From contig JAQUQF010000001.1 in the NCBI GenBank assembly GCA_028749105.1, positions 1 through 42,682 on the forward strand: a stretch of DNA of 42,682 bases, written 5' to 3'. This document shows, one piece after another, positions 23,883-32,230 of this stretch (its first letter is position 1; each line of letters begins with the position of its first letter). Source of the DNA: Acidobacteriota bacterium. Lineage in GTDB: Bacteria > Acidobacteriota > Aminicenantia > UBA2199. The position numbers were made by a program, and so were the translations under genes. Under the pieces are notes generated by a model that saw only the letters and a list, made by a program, of their open reading frames with translations, searched no databases and was not told where the DNA came from.

Positions 23883-24136
23883 TTGTGCGCCTCGGCCCCG
23901 GCGGCCTTCTGGGCTTCCTTCTCCGCCTTGGCCTTCTTGTTCATAGCCGCCTGTAACTCGCTGAAGTTCTTGGCTGCCGCCACGTCCCGTGCAAAGTCTT
24001 CCGGACTGTAATAGTCCGGGCTCTGTCGGTAGGCCCGCTCGGCCTTCCACTCCCTCAACCGCGTTTCGTTGCGGAGGTTCAGCGGTCCGGCCCAGGCAGC
24101 GCCAGCCAACAAGATCAATGCGATCGTCAGTTTCAT
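23879..24136 (-). CDS. Secreted small protein, 86 aa (Sec signal peptide, Lys/Ala-rich tail)
   Basis: ATG at 24136 preceded by TAAGGAGAGACACC, where TAA is the fibre gene stop. MKLTIALILLAGAAWAGP. The longer track ORFs 23879..24292 and 23730..24179 were trimmed. Confidence 0.65.
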   Translation of the reverse strand: MKLTIALILLAGAAWAGPLNLRNETRLREWKAERAYRQSPDYYSPEDFARDVAAAKNFSELQAAMNKKAKAEKEAQKAAGAEAHK

Positions 24137-24147
24137 GGTGTCTCTCC

Positions 24148-27024
24148 TTATTCCGGCGCGCACGGCGCGGCCACGCCAAGCACGGTTACAGGGTAGTTGC
24201 TGCTGCATAACACGCGAATCAGCGTGTTGCTCGCCGACGGCTGGTTGGTCATCCAGGCTGTGCCAACGAACAGCTTGTTGCTGACGGCCCAAGTGTCGCG
24301 CACCTCGATCTCCGCCCGCGTCCAGGTGTCGCCCAGGTCGCGGCTCATCTCGATCTGCACGTCATTGGTCGGCACGTCATTGTTGCCGACGTGTATCAGC
24401 GCCGACGGGTAGGCATACCCCGGCACAAACGGCAGGATAGTGTTGGTGGCGGTGAGGGTCGTGGACATAAGAGGGTCCTCAAGATACCGATAACTTTTCC
24501 CATTTCCATCATAGCCGCCAATCGCGTATAGATAATTGCTATGCCCAACTAGGATGGCACGATGGAGAGTGGTTGCTGTCCCGTCTATTTCCGTCCAAGA
24601 CGTTCCATAATTCGTTGATACATAAAAATTTGTTGCGGCGGTTTTGTAGGCATAAACAGTGTCGCCCACGCCCGCACACCCCATATACTGATTCTGCCCA
24701 AATGGTGTATCCCCCTTGTCTGTATAACTTGCACCATCAAACGAATAGGTCTTATCCGACAAGAAGATCAGAATACGGTCGCCTGAACCACCGGAAACCT
24801 TGGCAGCCCTCTGCGCGCCCCACATCACGGCTGGCAATCCGTCAATTTGTTCCCATACAGCCCCATCAAAACGATATACATTGGTTTGAGGCGACCCATC
24901 CCCAACGCTACCACCAAACGAATACAGATATTGCCCAAGAGCAGCACAGGATGGCATATATCTAGCAGCCGGCAATCCCTCGACTTCTTCCCAGGTAGCT
25001 GCATTCCACCTGAAAACGTTTGTCCGGGCCGGACCCCAGGGCACGCCGCCGCCGACCACATAAAAGCGATTACTATAAACTCCAAATCCATGATAGTTTG
25101 TCGGCGCCCCGTGAATACTCGGCAAACTCACCAGGTTTGTTCCATCGTAAGTATAAAAGTTTGAAGTGCCGTCGCTGTGTAAATAAAACGTGTTAGAAAT
25201 TACTCCGCCTATCCACTCGGAAGCACCAACCTCGGCCAATGTTTCCCAACCTTGCTGCAAAAAGTTTTTGTATCCCGGATCAGCCCACGTCGCATTCGTG
25301 CTCATCCCCGCCATGATGCCGGCCTCGTCGTCAAACCAATACCCCGGCCCGTCAATCAACCCCTGGCTATAACTGGCGGCGGAGTTCCAGGCTTCATACC
25401 GCAGCGCCAGCAGGTTATCCGGTATCCACGGCGCGACCGAAAACGTGTTGCCGATCTTGCGGATTGTCGCGCCATCGCCGACGGGGACCGGCACGGCGAT
25501 CATGAGTTTGTTCGTGCCGATGCTGGCGGTCCCGCCGGTCATCTCGACTTCCAAGACGGCGTTGGTGGCGGTGTTCCACCTGTTTGTCGGCTCTTCCAGA
25601 GCGCTCACCTGGCCCTGCAGCGTGGCCACATCCCCGGTGGCGCCAGTGGCATCCGTGGCCGCTTGATCCCAGACGGACGTGCGGCCTTGGACATCCAGCA
25701 TCTCGCCCTGGAGGGTGGCCACATCCGCGGTGGCGCCAGCCGCGTCAGTGGCGGCCGTGTCCCAGACGGACGTGCGCCCCTGGACATCCAGCATCTCGCC
25801 CTGCAGCGTGGCCACATCCCCGGTGGCGCCAGTGGCATCCGTGGCCGCTTGATCCCAGACGGACGTGCGCCCCTGGACATCCAGCATCTCGCCCTGCAGG
25901 GTGGCCACATCCCCGGTGGCTGACGCCGCATCTGCGGCCGCCTGGTTCCACGTGGAGGTGCCGGCTTCGACGGCCGCCACTCGGCCGGTCGCGTCTATCC
26001 CGTCCGCGCTGGCCTGGTTCCAAAGGCTCGTCCCGGCCTCGACGTCTGCCATTCGCCCCGCCAGATCGTTGGTCCCACCTTCTACGGCTTGGAGTCTGCC
26101 TTCAAACCCGGCGTTGGTGTTCCCCTGTGCGTTGAAGAGCGATTGGAAACCGGCATTCGTGTTCCCCTGGGCGTCGAAGAGCGATTGGAAACCGGCATTC
26201 GTGTTCCCCTGGGCGTTGAATTTACTCTGGAATGTAGAGTTGGTGGATCGTTGCTGCGTAATAAAGTCATCATTGGTCCCAATGCGCAGATCATATTCGT
26301 GATTGATATTCGCCTGGTTATCGTAAAACGCCTGCCAAACCACATTGGAGTTGTTCAGGTTGTTCAGATGCGCCTGGAATCCGGCATTGGTGTTCCCCTG
26401 GGCGGTCCGGAAGGCTTCATTGGACGCTATCCTGACCTCAAACCCCGCGTTGGTGTTCCCCTGGGCGTCATGCAGCGCCTGGAACCCCGCATTCGTGTTC
26501 CCCTGGGCGTCATGGAGCGCCTGGAACCCCGCATTCGTGTTCCCCTGGGCGTCATGGAGCGCCTGGAACCCCGCGTTGGTGTTCCCCTGGGCGTCATGGA
26601 GCGCCTGGAACCCCGCGTTGGTGTTCCCCTGGGCGTCATGCAGCGCCTGGAAGCCAGCATTCGTATTTCCCTGGGCGTCATGCAGCGCCTGGAAGCCAGC
26701 ATTCGTATTTCCCTGGGCGTCATGGAGCGCCTGGAAGCCAGCGTTGGTGTTCCCCTGGAGGGCGGCGTTGTTGGTGATCTGGGCTGTGAGGTTATTGGTC
26801 GCATTCGCCAAATTCGTCTGAATAGCGCCAATAGTCCCGACCAGGTTGGTCATGTAGGATCCGGCATTCGTGCCCCCCGAGCTGCGAATGTATTTGCCAT
26901 CCGCGCCGTCGAACACGACCACTTCGCCGTCCGACACCCGGCCCTTGGTGGCCACATTCGGGTAATACTGCGCCCCAGCACTCGCCGCCAAGCCCAGAAT
27001 AATCATCGCCAAGTGCTTTTTCAT
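24148..27024 (-). CDS. Fibre/receptor-binding-like protein, 958 aa: signal-peptide-like N-terminus, 14-aa and 31-aa repeat arrays, C-terminal Kelch-type beta-propeller
   Basis: ATG at 27024 preceded by GAGGAGGGAA. MKKHLAMIILGLAASAGAQ. VVVFDGADGKYIRSSG is a fibre-like motif. Kelch-like blades: FYVVGGG, LYSFGGS, VYAYKTA, LYAIGGYDG. Confidence 0.85.
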   Translation of the reverse strand: MKKHLAMIILGLAASAGAQYYPNVATKGRVSDGEVVVFDGADGKYIRSSGGTNAGSYMTNLVGTIGAIQTNLANATNNLTAQITNNAALQGNTNAGFQALHDAQGNTNAGFQALHDAQGNTNAGFQALHDAQGNTNAGFQALHDAQGNTNAGFQALHDAQGNTNAGFQALHDAQGNTNAGFQALHDAQGNTNAGFEVRIASNEAFRTAQGNTNAGFQAHLNNLNNSNVVWQAFYDNQANINHEYDLRIGTNDDFITQQRSTNSTFQSKFNAQGNTNAGFQSLFDAQGNTNAGFQSLFNAQGNTNAGFEGRLQAVEGGTNDLAGRMADVEAGTSLWNQASADGIDATGRVAAVEAGTSTWNQAAADAASATGDVATLQGEMLDVQGRTSVWDQAATDATGATGDVATLQGEMLDVQGRTSVWDTAATDAAGATADVATLQGEMLDVQGRTSVWDQAATDATGATGDVATLQGQVSALEEPTNRWNTATNAVLEVEMTGGTASIGTNKLMIAVPVPVGDGATIRKIGNTFSVAPWIPDNLLALRYEAWNSAASYSQGLIDGPGYWFDDEAGIMAGMSTNATWADPGYKNFLQQGWETLAEVGASEWIGGVISNTFYLHSDGTSNFYTYDGTNLVSLPSIHGAPTNYHGFGVYSNRFYVVGGGVPWGPARTNVFRWNAATWEEVEGLPAARYMPSCAALGQYLYSFGGSVGDGSPQTNVYRFDGAVWEQIDGLPAVMWGAQRAAKVSGGSGDRILIFLSDKTYSFDGASYTDKGDTPFGQNQYMGCAGVGDTVYAYKTAATNFYVSTNYGTSWTEIDGTATTLHRAILVGHSNYLYAIGGYDGNGKSYRYLEDPLMSTTLTATNTILPFVPGYAYPSALIHVGNNDVPTNDVQIEMSRDLGDTWTRAEIEVRDTWAVSNKLFVGTAWMTNQPSASNTLIRVLCSSNYPVTVLGVAAPCAPE
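25615..25986 (-). repeat. 93-nt (31-aa) coding repeats ...DVATLQGEMLDVQGRTSVWDQAATDATGATG, about 4 copies
   Basis: Unit starts at 25615, 25708, 25801 and 25894. Confidence 0.9.
26089..26757 (-). repeat. 42-nt (14-aa) coding repeats QGNTNAGFQALHDA; about 7.6 near-perfect copies at 26437-26757 plus degenerate copies down to 26089
   Basis: The unit ctgggcgtcatgSagcgcctggaaSccSgcRttYgtRttYcc repeats head-to-tail. Confidence 0.9.
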
Positions 27025-27033
27025 TTCCCTCCT

Positions 27034-27064
27034 CGATCCGCCAGATCAACCCGATCCGCCAGAT
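27034..27064 (-). promoter_or_regulatory. 13-bp direct repeat x2 (18-bp period) in the leader of the fibre gene
   Basis: cgatccgccagat at 27034-27046 and again at 27052-27064, lying between the stop at 27079 and the start at 27024. Confidence 0.5.
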
Positions 27065-27078
27065 TCTACCCTTCTCCC

Positions 27079-27393
27079 TCAGTCGCTCAGCGGCTCAATC
27101 CGGACCACCGCGGCGCCGTCCCCCTGGATGAACCGCGCGGCGTTGATTAGCCGTTTGCTCCAGATCCCGTTGTAGCCTGCCGCCAGCAGAATCCCCGCCG
27201 AGGCGTCAACGGGATCAGTCCCGTCAAAGGTTACATACACGCTTTTGGTCTTCACACTCACCCAGACATGACTGGTTAATGCGTTCTGCGCCTCCGGGGT
27301 AACAACCGAGGCGCCTACCGAGAGCTCTTCGGCCGTGACGCTATTGGCCGTGGGCGCCAACTGGTTTTCAAGGTTGATCACAAATGCGTTCAT
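27079..27393 (-). CDS. Hypothetical beta-rich protein, 104 aa
   Basis: ATG at 27393 preceded by AGGAGGAACC. The track ORF (start 27522) overlaps the upstream gene and was trimmed. Confidence 0.65.
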   Translation of the reverse strand: MNAFVINLENQLAPTANSVTAEELSVGASVVTPEAQNALTSHVWVSVKTKSVYVTFDGTDPVDASAGILLAAGYNGIWSKRLINAARFIQGDGAAVVRIEPLSD

Positions 27394-27415
27394 GGTTCCT
27401 CCTGTGGTTTGGTCT

Positions 27416-28285
27416 CTATTTCCGGAAGGTGATTTTCCTGGCCACGCCTTGCTGGTTGATTTGCCTGTCTTCCAGGTCGCCAAGGATCTTCTCCGCCTGG
27501 GCGCGCTCTTTGTCGCGCTCAATGGGGTCCAGCAGAAAGTCGGCGTGGACGGCGTGAGCCAAATACCGCTGGAAAAGCGCCGGGATGCTCACGGGCTCCC
27601 AATAGGCGGTTTCGCTGTCAGGCTGCTTGTCGGCGTTGGCGGCCAGGGCTTTGTAGCTCTCGCCAGTGGCGGCCAGGTAGCACAGATCGCCAATGGCGTA
27701 ATTGGTCGCGGCGCTCCAGGCGGTCAGGGAGATTTGAGGCGCCGGCGGCCGGAATTTTATCCAGGGCCGGGTGGGCGCGTCGTCGCTGTTGATGATCAGC
27801 GCGTCGCCATAGAATTCAACTTCCAGGATTCGGCCTTTCCCGCGGTAGATCCGCGGGTCATAGTCATACGCGCATTCCTGCAGGTCCACGGCGCTGATTT
27901 CCGTCTCGCCCGCTTGCTGATAGTCAATGGTGCGCAGAAAATCATCCCCTACTTCGGCCCACCAGGCGGTCTCGGTCTCGGGGTTCTTGGCGGTGTTGGC
28001 GCCCTGCAAGCTGATGTAATACTTCTCATCCCCGCCGGATGTCGTGTGAAACACCTCCGCGCCCAAGGCGTAAATCAGGGCACTCTCCCAGGTGGCGCGG
28101 TATTGGCGCCGCTCGACCAGCAGCACTTCCGGCCACATGTAGTATTCATAGATTTCTTCCAGGCGCTCGTTGATCCAGTCGGCTATGCGGGCTTGCTCGG
28201 CGGCGGCCACGTTCGCGCTGGCCGGGTCGTATCCGCGCTTGCGGATAATGGCTTCGTAAAGCGCTTTGGTGGTGACGGTCTTCAT
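27416..28285 (-). CDS. Putative virion protein, 289 aa, with two CBM5/12-like W..Y..GD...Y.A....P....W motifs
   Basis: GGDEKYYISLQGANTAKNPETETAWWAEV and AWSAATNYAIGDLCYLAATGESYKALAANADKQPDSETAYWEPV. Confidence 0.7.
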   Translation of the reverse strand: MKTVTTKALYEAIIRKRGYDPASANVAAAEQARIADWINERLEEIYEYYMWPEVLLVERRQYRATWESALIYALGAEVFHTTSGGDEKYYISLQGANTAKNPETETAWWAEVGDDFLRTIDYQQAGETEISAVDLQECAYDYDPRIYRGKGRILEVEFYGDALIINSDDAPTRPWIKFRPPAPQISLTAWSAATNYAIGDLCYLAATGESYKALAANADKQPDSETAYWEPVSIPALFQRYLAHAVHADFLLDPIERDKERAQAEKILGDLEDRQINQQGVARKITFRK

Positions 28286-28286
28286 C

Positions 28287-28616
28287 TCAATAGACTTTCC
28301 GGAAGCTCACTCTCCCATGCCGATTGCGCAAGGCGCGCGTGGATCTCACCGCGTCTTCGTTGATCCCAAACTCGCGGCGGTCCTGGTCTTTCCAGTAGTT
28401 CTCTCCGGCTTTGCTCAAGACCTCCCGGCCTTCGGTGTCCACGGCGTTCATGACGGCCAGGGTGCTGATCTGCCGGCGCAGCCGGCCGGTCTTCCCGATC
28501 CGCGCCAGGTCGCCGCGCCCCATCGCCAGCCGGCCGTCGCGCTCGCGCTCTCTCCGTAACCCCTCCTGCTTCTTCTCCCATATCCGCCGCCGCAATTCTT
28601 TCAAAACATCGTCCAT
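28287..28616 (-). CDS. Hypothetical basic protein, 109 aa
   Basis: ATG at 28616 preceded by GAAAGGGTGAAGCC. Its stop lies 1 nt before the next start. Confidence 0.6.
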   Translation of the reverse strand: MDDVLKELRRRIWEKKQEGLRRERERDGRLAMGRGDLARIGKTGRLRRQISTLAVMNAVDTEGREVLSKAGENYWKDQDRREFGINEDAVRSTRALRNRHGRVSFRKVY

Positions 28617-28628
28617 GGCTTCACCCTT

Positions 28629-30911
28629 TCAGTTCGGGCTTGGCAGGCCGCGCCCCTCTTCCTTCCACCCTTCCTCTTCCTGCTGACCTCTGACCTCTGT
28701 CCTCTGACCTCTGTCTTCCAGCGCCGGCGGCGCGCCCTGGCGGCCGATCTGGGCGTTGGCGCCGTATTGCTGTGCCAGGAATTGTAGCCGCTGGATCCGG
28801 CTCTGCAGGATCGCGGCTTTGTCGGGGGGCAGGTCGTTGAAGATTTCCGGGTTGGCTTGCTGGATTTGCTGGTAAAAGGCGGCGCGGGTGGCGTAGTCTT
28901 CGCTGCCATCATCCGAAAGGGGTGGCTCCATCCCAGCCCGGATTTGCTGATATTTGGCGGTCTCATCCTGGGTTTCATCTCTCACCGCCTGGTCGCGGTG
29001 CTTGAAGGCCGCCGGGGCCACGCCAGGGACCAGCCGATATAAAAACTCTTCCACGATCGGGCCGGAGTCCACCTGCTGGCTGCGGTCCATGGCCAGGACA
29101 AGCTCCTTGAGCATCTTGCCTTTTTTCATCATCTTTTCGGCGTCCAGGTCTTCGGGGTCGAATTGGAGTTCCAAATCAAATTGACCCTGGATCTCTTCGC
29201 GGCCGGCGGCAAAGAGGGGTTGCCCTTGCGCGTTGGTGATGCGTTGAATAATCTCGTCCGGCATGAATTGTTGCACGAGCTTGAAGACCTGCCCCAGGAC
29301 TTCACGCAGGTTGAGCAGCCACCATAAGACCTTGAATTCCCGGGCCAGTTGCGGACCGCTGGGGGGGTTGTCTTTGTTCTCGCGGCCGAAATAGTCGTCC
29401 ACCTGCCGCCGGATCTCCATGATCATGTTGACGACCGTTTGCGGGTATTGGGGGGGCGCCAGCCATTTGTAGTCGCCGTCGCGTTTGGCCGGCAGCTCGC
29501 CCAGCGGACGCAGCCGCAGGGCGCCCATGCGGGCCCGGCCGCGGGTGATCATGGGTGGCACACCGGAAAGCTGGGCGTTGTCACCGAAACTGTCGCAGTA
29601 GAGTTTCAGGAGTCCCTGGTAGGATGCCGCCAGGGTGCCCAGGCCGCGGGCGTCCAGCATCCGGCCGCTGATGGTCTCGCGCTGGAAGACGTGCCCGGGA
29701 TACCCGCCGTGAACGTAGTTGATCAGTTCCGGGGGTTTGGCCGGATCCTTAACGTCTTTGTGGAAGACCACATAAAACCGGCCGGGGATCCCGTCGTCGT
29801 TGAGTGCCCGGAAATACGCGGTGATGATGTTGTAGAGGCCGCGGTAATAGCTGGGGTCCCTGGCCGTCAGGGGTCCGTTGAGGGTCTCGCGGGTGTATTC
29901 CGGGACCGCGCTCTCGCCTTCATGGCCTTGCTCGCCGTCTTTGCCCACCACGGCTTCAACGAAGTCTTGGTCCCAGCCTTCGGAAGTGATGCGTTCGTAG
30001 AGCTGGGCTTTGGTGAGCCAGTCGCTCTCGAAATATACTCGCGCTTCCTGAAATTCCCCGGTGTTGCGCGGTATAAACCATTCTTCCCAGATCCGTTTGC
30101 CCTCGATCATGGGTTGATTGGCGCTGATGTAGGGCTCCGGGTATTCGGCGCTGCCGGTCTCGCGGAGTTGCTTGATCATCTGCTTGGCCCGGCGTGGCCG
30201 CAAATGCGGGAAGAATTCCTTGAGGATGCTTTGCAGGTATTCCGCGTTGGTCGCCGCGGGGGCCTGGAGCGCACCCAGGAAGTCCTGGGCGGCCAGCGCC
30301 AGTTGGCCGGCTTTTGTTTCCTCGTCCAGGCCGGATTGCTCCAGCTCTTGCTGGGCGCGCTGGAGATATTGCTCCAGGAGTTCTTCGGCGGTAATGTTGG
30401 TGAGCCGCAGGCTGGTTTCGCGTTTCCAGTAGATTTTCAGCAGGGCTACGGCGGGGGTGTCGCCAATGTAGTAGTTGGCCACTTTGGCCAGCTCTTTGAT
30501 CCAGGTCAAACCCCAGATGTTCATGAGCACGTAGCGCATGAGGATCGTGAGCTTGGCGGCTTTGCGGGCGTCTTCTTCGGTTACCCCGGAAAACTTGATC
30601 CGGGCCCGCATGGCCGCCGTGATCAGGAGCGCCACGTCTTCGTTGATGAGTAAATCTGCCAGGCGTATCTTCTGGTCGCAGGCGCCGTCAAAGGGTTCGG
30701 GCTCTTCTTCGTCCACGGCGTGTTTCAGGCCGTCGTCGGATTGGTTTTCCCAGAAGGCCAGCCGCGTGTTGTCCGTGGTGATCCGTTTTTCCCAGATGTC
30801 CGCGCTTTCCCGGGCTAGGTCTTCGAGTTCGGCTTTGATCTCGTCGAGGGTCAGCCCGCTTTCGGGCCAGGTCAGAATCCCATCGCCGGCCACCTGGTCG
30901 AAGTCAGGCAT
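28629..30911 (-). CDS. Probable portal protein, 760 aa
   Basis: Size, position in the head module, an N-terminal RLAFWENQSDDG motif reminiscent of P22-type portals, and a Gln-rich helical C-terminus. The call is by resemblance only. Confidence 0.6.
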   Translation of the reverse strand: MPDFDQVAGDGILTWPESGLTLDEIKAELEDLARESADIWEKRITTDNTRLAFWENQSDDGLKHAVDEEEPEPFDGACDQKIRLADLLINEDVALLITAAMRARIKFSGVTEEDARKAAKLTILMRYVLMNIWGLTWIKELAKVANYYIGDTPAVALLKIYWKRETSLRLTNITAEELLEQYLQRAQQELEQSGLDEETKAGQLALAAQDFLGALQAPAATNAEYLQSILKEFFPHLRPRRAKQMIKQLRETGSAEYPEPYISANQPMIEGKRIWEEWFIPRNTGEFQEARVYFESDWLTKAQLYERITSEGWDQDFVEAVVGKDGEQGHEGESAVPEYTRETLNGPLTARDPSYYRGLYNIITAYFRALNDDGIPGRFYVVFHKDVKDPAKPPELINYVHGGYPGHVFQRETISGRMLDARGLGTLAASYQGLLKLYCDSFGDNAQLSGVPPMITRGRARMGALRLRPLGELPAKRDGDYKWLAPPQYPQTVVNMIMEIRRQVDDYFGRENKDNPPSGPQLAREFKVLWWLLNLREVLGQVFKLVQQFMPDEIIQRITNAQGQPLFAAGREEIQGQFDLELQFDPEDLDAEKMMKKGKMLKELVLAMDRSQQVDSGPIVEEFLYRLVPGVAPAAFKHRDQAVRDETQDETAKYQQIRAGMEPPLSDDGSEDYATRAAFYQQIQQANPEIFNDLPPDKAAILQSRIQRLQFLAQQYGANAQIGRQGAPPALEDRGQRTEVRGQQEEEGWKEEGRGLPSPN

Positions 30912-30943
30912 TTCGGCCCCTCTCAGATGACGCCAGGAACAGA

Positions 30944-30968
30944 CCGGAAGGGGTCCGCCCCCTCCCGG
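30944..30968 (-). other. 10-bp stem-loop 20 nt downstream of the 30989 stop
   Basis: RNA sense CCGGGAGGGG-GCGGA-CCCCUUCCGG (one G-U pair). Confidence 0.5.
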
Positions 30969-30988
30969 CCTGCTCTCTGCGCACGTGG

Positions 30989-32152
30989 TTATGGGTTGAT
31001 CGAGACAATCCGGAAGTAGAACCGCACTTCCCCGGCGCTGTTCTCGCTCAGCGCGTTTTCGCTGTTCGGGGTGAAGGTGAAGTCCACGGTGTCATCCGCG
31101 GTATAAACCTTCCGGCCGTAGGTGTTGTCCACCAGCGCCGTAACCGCCGTCAGACTTCCCTTGGTAACGGTCGCCGTGGCGGTCGCACCGATCAGATACC
31201 TGTTCTCGGCGCTCGGTGTCAGCGTGGCGGTGGCCGTCGCGTTGGTCGGCAGATCCACGGCTTTTGCCGTCAGCGTGGCGGTGGCCGTCGCGTTGGTCGG
31301 CAGATCCACGGCTTTTGCCGTCAGCGTGGCGGTGGCCGTCGCGTTGGTCGGCAGATCCACGGCTTTTGCCGTCAGCGTGGCGGTAACCAGCACGTTGGTT
31401 ACCCACTCCACCTCTTCCCCGGCGGCATTGGTGATCGCGGCGCCGGTAGAGTCATACCCCTTGGCCGTGTGCAGCGTGATCACGAAGGCCGGATCGTTGG
31501 TGTCGGCCACGTTGATGGTTTCCGTGTTCAGCGTCACCGCCACGGCCGGATCGTTGGTGTCGGCCACGTTGATTGCTTCCGTGTTCAGCGTCACCGCCAC
31601 GGCCGGATCGTTGGTGTCGGCCACGTTGATTGCTTCCGTGTTCAGCGTCACCGCCACGGCCGGATCGTTGGTCGCCGCCAGCATGTCAGCGTCCATGGTG
31701 ATATAGGATACCGTCACCGTCGGATCGTTGGTCTTGGCGTAGTTGATCGTCTCGGTGGTCGTGCCTTGCCAGGCGCGGCCGTATTTCTGCCAGATCTCCG
31801 TCATGTTGGAGTTCAGTTCCGTGGAGTCCAGGTAGAAATCGGCGCCCGCCGCACCGTCGCCCACCGTAACTGCCACCGAGCCGGTGGCATTGTTCCCGGC
31901 GTTGAAGGCGGTCACCAGTTCCATCGCCACCAGTTCGACCCGCTGCTTGGACGTTACCGCCAGGGACGTGAGTGCCTGGGCGGTGTCAGCGTTGGTCTCC
32001 GTCAGGTCGGAATGGTCAATGGTGACCACGTGCGTAGCGCCGGCGTAGGAGCGTTCCTGGATCGTGATCGGCCGCACCGATGCTCCCCAGCCGGGGCCCG
32101 CCAGCCAGCCGACCAGCAGCGTCGCCATTAAAATTGCCGTCAGTTTCTTCAT
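30989..32152 (-). CDS. Signal-peptide repeat protein, 387 aa, located between the capsid and portal genes (decoration/surface protein candidate)
   Basis: MKKLTAILMATLLVGWLAGPGWGAS. Arrays NDPAVAVTLNTEAINVADT x3-4 and ATATLTAKAVDLPTNAT x3. Confidence 0.8.
   Translation of the reverse strand: MKKLTAILMATLLVGWLAGPGWGASVRPITIQERSYAGATHVVTIDHSDLTETNADTAQALTSLAVTSKQRVELVAMELVTAFNAGNNATGSVAVTVGDGAAGADFYLDSTELNSNMTEIWQKYGRAWQGTTTETINYAKTNDPTVTVSYITMDADMLAATNDPAVAVTLNTEAINVADTNDPAVAVTLNTEAINVADTNDPAVAVTLNTETINVADTNDPAFVITLHTAKGYDSTGAAITNAAGEEVEWVTNVLVTATLTAKAVDLPTNATATATLTAKAVDLPTNATATATLTAKAVDLPTNATATATLTPSAENRYLIGATATATVTKGSLTAVTALVDNTYGRKVYTADDTVDFTFTPNSENALSENSAGEVRFYFRIVSINP
31218..31385 (-). 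repeat. 51-nt perfect tandem repeat, 3.3 copies (17-aa units)
   Basis: gtcagcgtggcggtggccgtcgcgttggtcggcagatccacggcttttgcc, with units starting at 31218, 31269 and 31320. Confidence 0.9.
31487..31675 (-). repeat. 57-nt tandem repeat, 3.3 copies (19-aa units)
   Basis: Units start at 31487, 31544 and 31601. They are near-identical. Confidence 0.9.
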
Positions 32153-32230
32153 CCCTTTGCCCTCCTTTGTGGTCCGTCAGATTCTTTTCCCCTCCGCTTT
32201 CTGTCCCTCCCTCTCCCCCCCCCCCGTCGC

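Noticed and set aside
23730-24292. The track ORFs 23879..24292 (137 aa) and 23730..24179 (149 aa) taken as full-length genes
   Set aside because: Their 5' portions overlap the end of the fibre gene in other frames. Internal ATGs at 24136 (with AAGGAGA) and 23882 (ATGA-coupled) give a signal-peptide protein and a two-TM peptide that tile the region without overlap.
26089-26757. CRISPR-like appearance of the regular short repeats in the arrays at 26437-26757, 25615-25986, 31218-31385 and 31487-31675
   Set aside because: The units abut one another without unique spacers. Their periods (42, 93, 51 and 57 nt) are all multiples of three, and they lie in frame inside long ORFs. They are coding tandem repeats.
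24148-27024. A diversity-generating retroelement targeting the fibre C-terminus
   Set aside because: There is no reverse transcriptase gene and no template-repeat copy of the 3' end of the fibre gene anywhere in the window.
28632-28720. The purine-rich micro-repeat GGTCAGAGG/ACAGAGG (plus-strand ctgacctctgacctctgtcctctgacctctgtc) as another intergenic leader element
   Set aside because: It lies inside the open frame of the portal gene's C-terminal tail (...EDRGQRTEVRGQQEEEGW...), so it cannot be called a non-coding element. It may still resemble the leader repeats in style.
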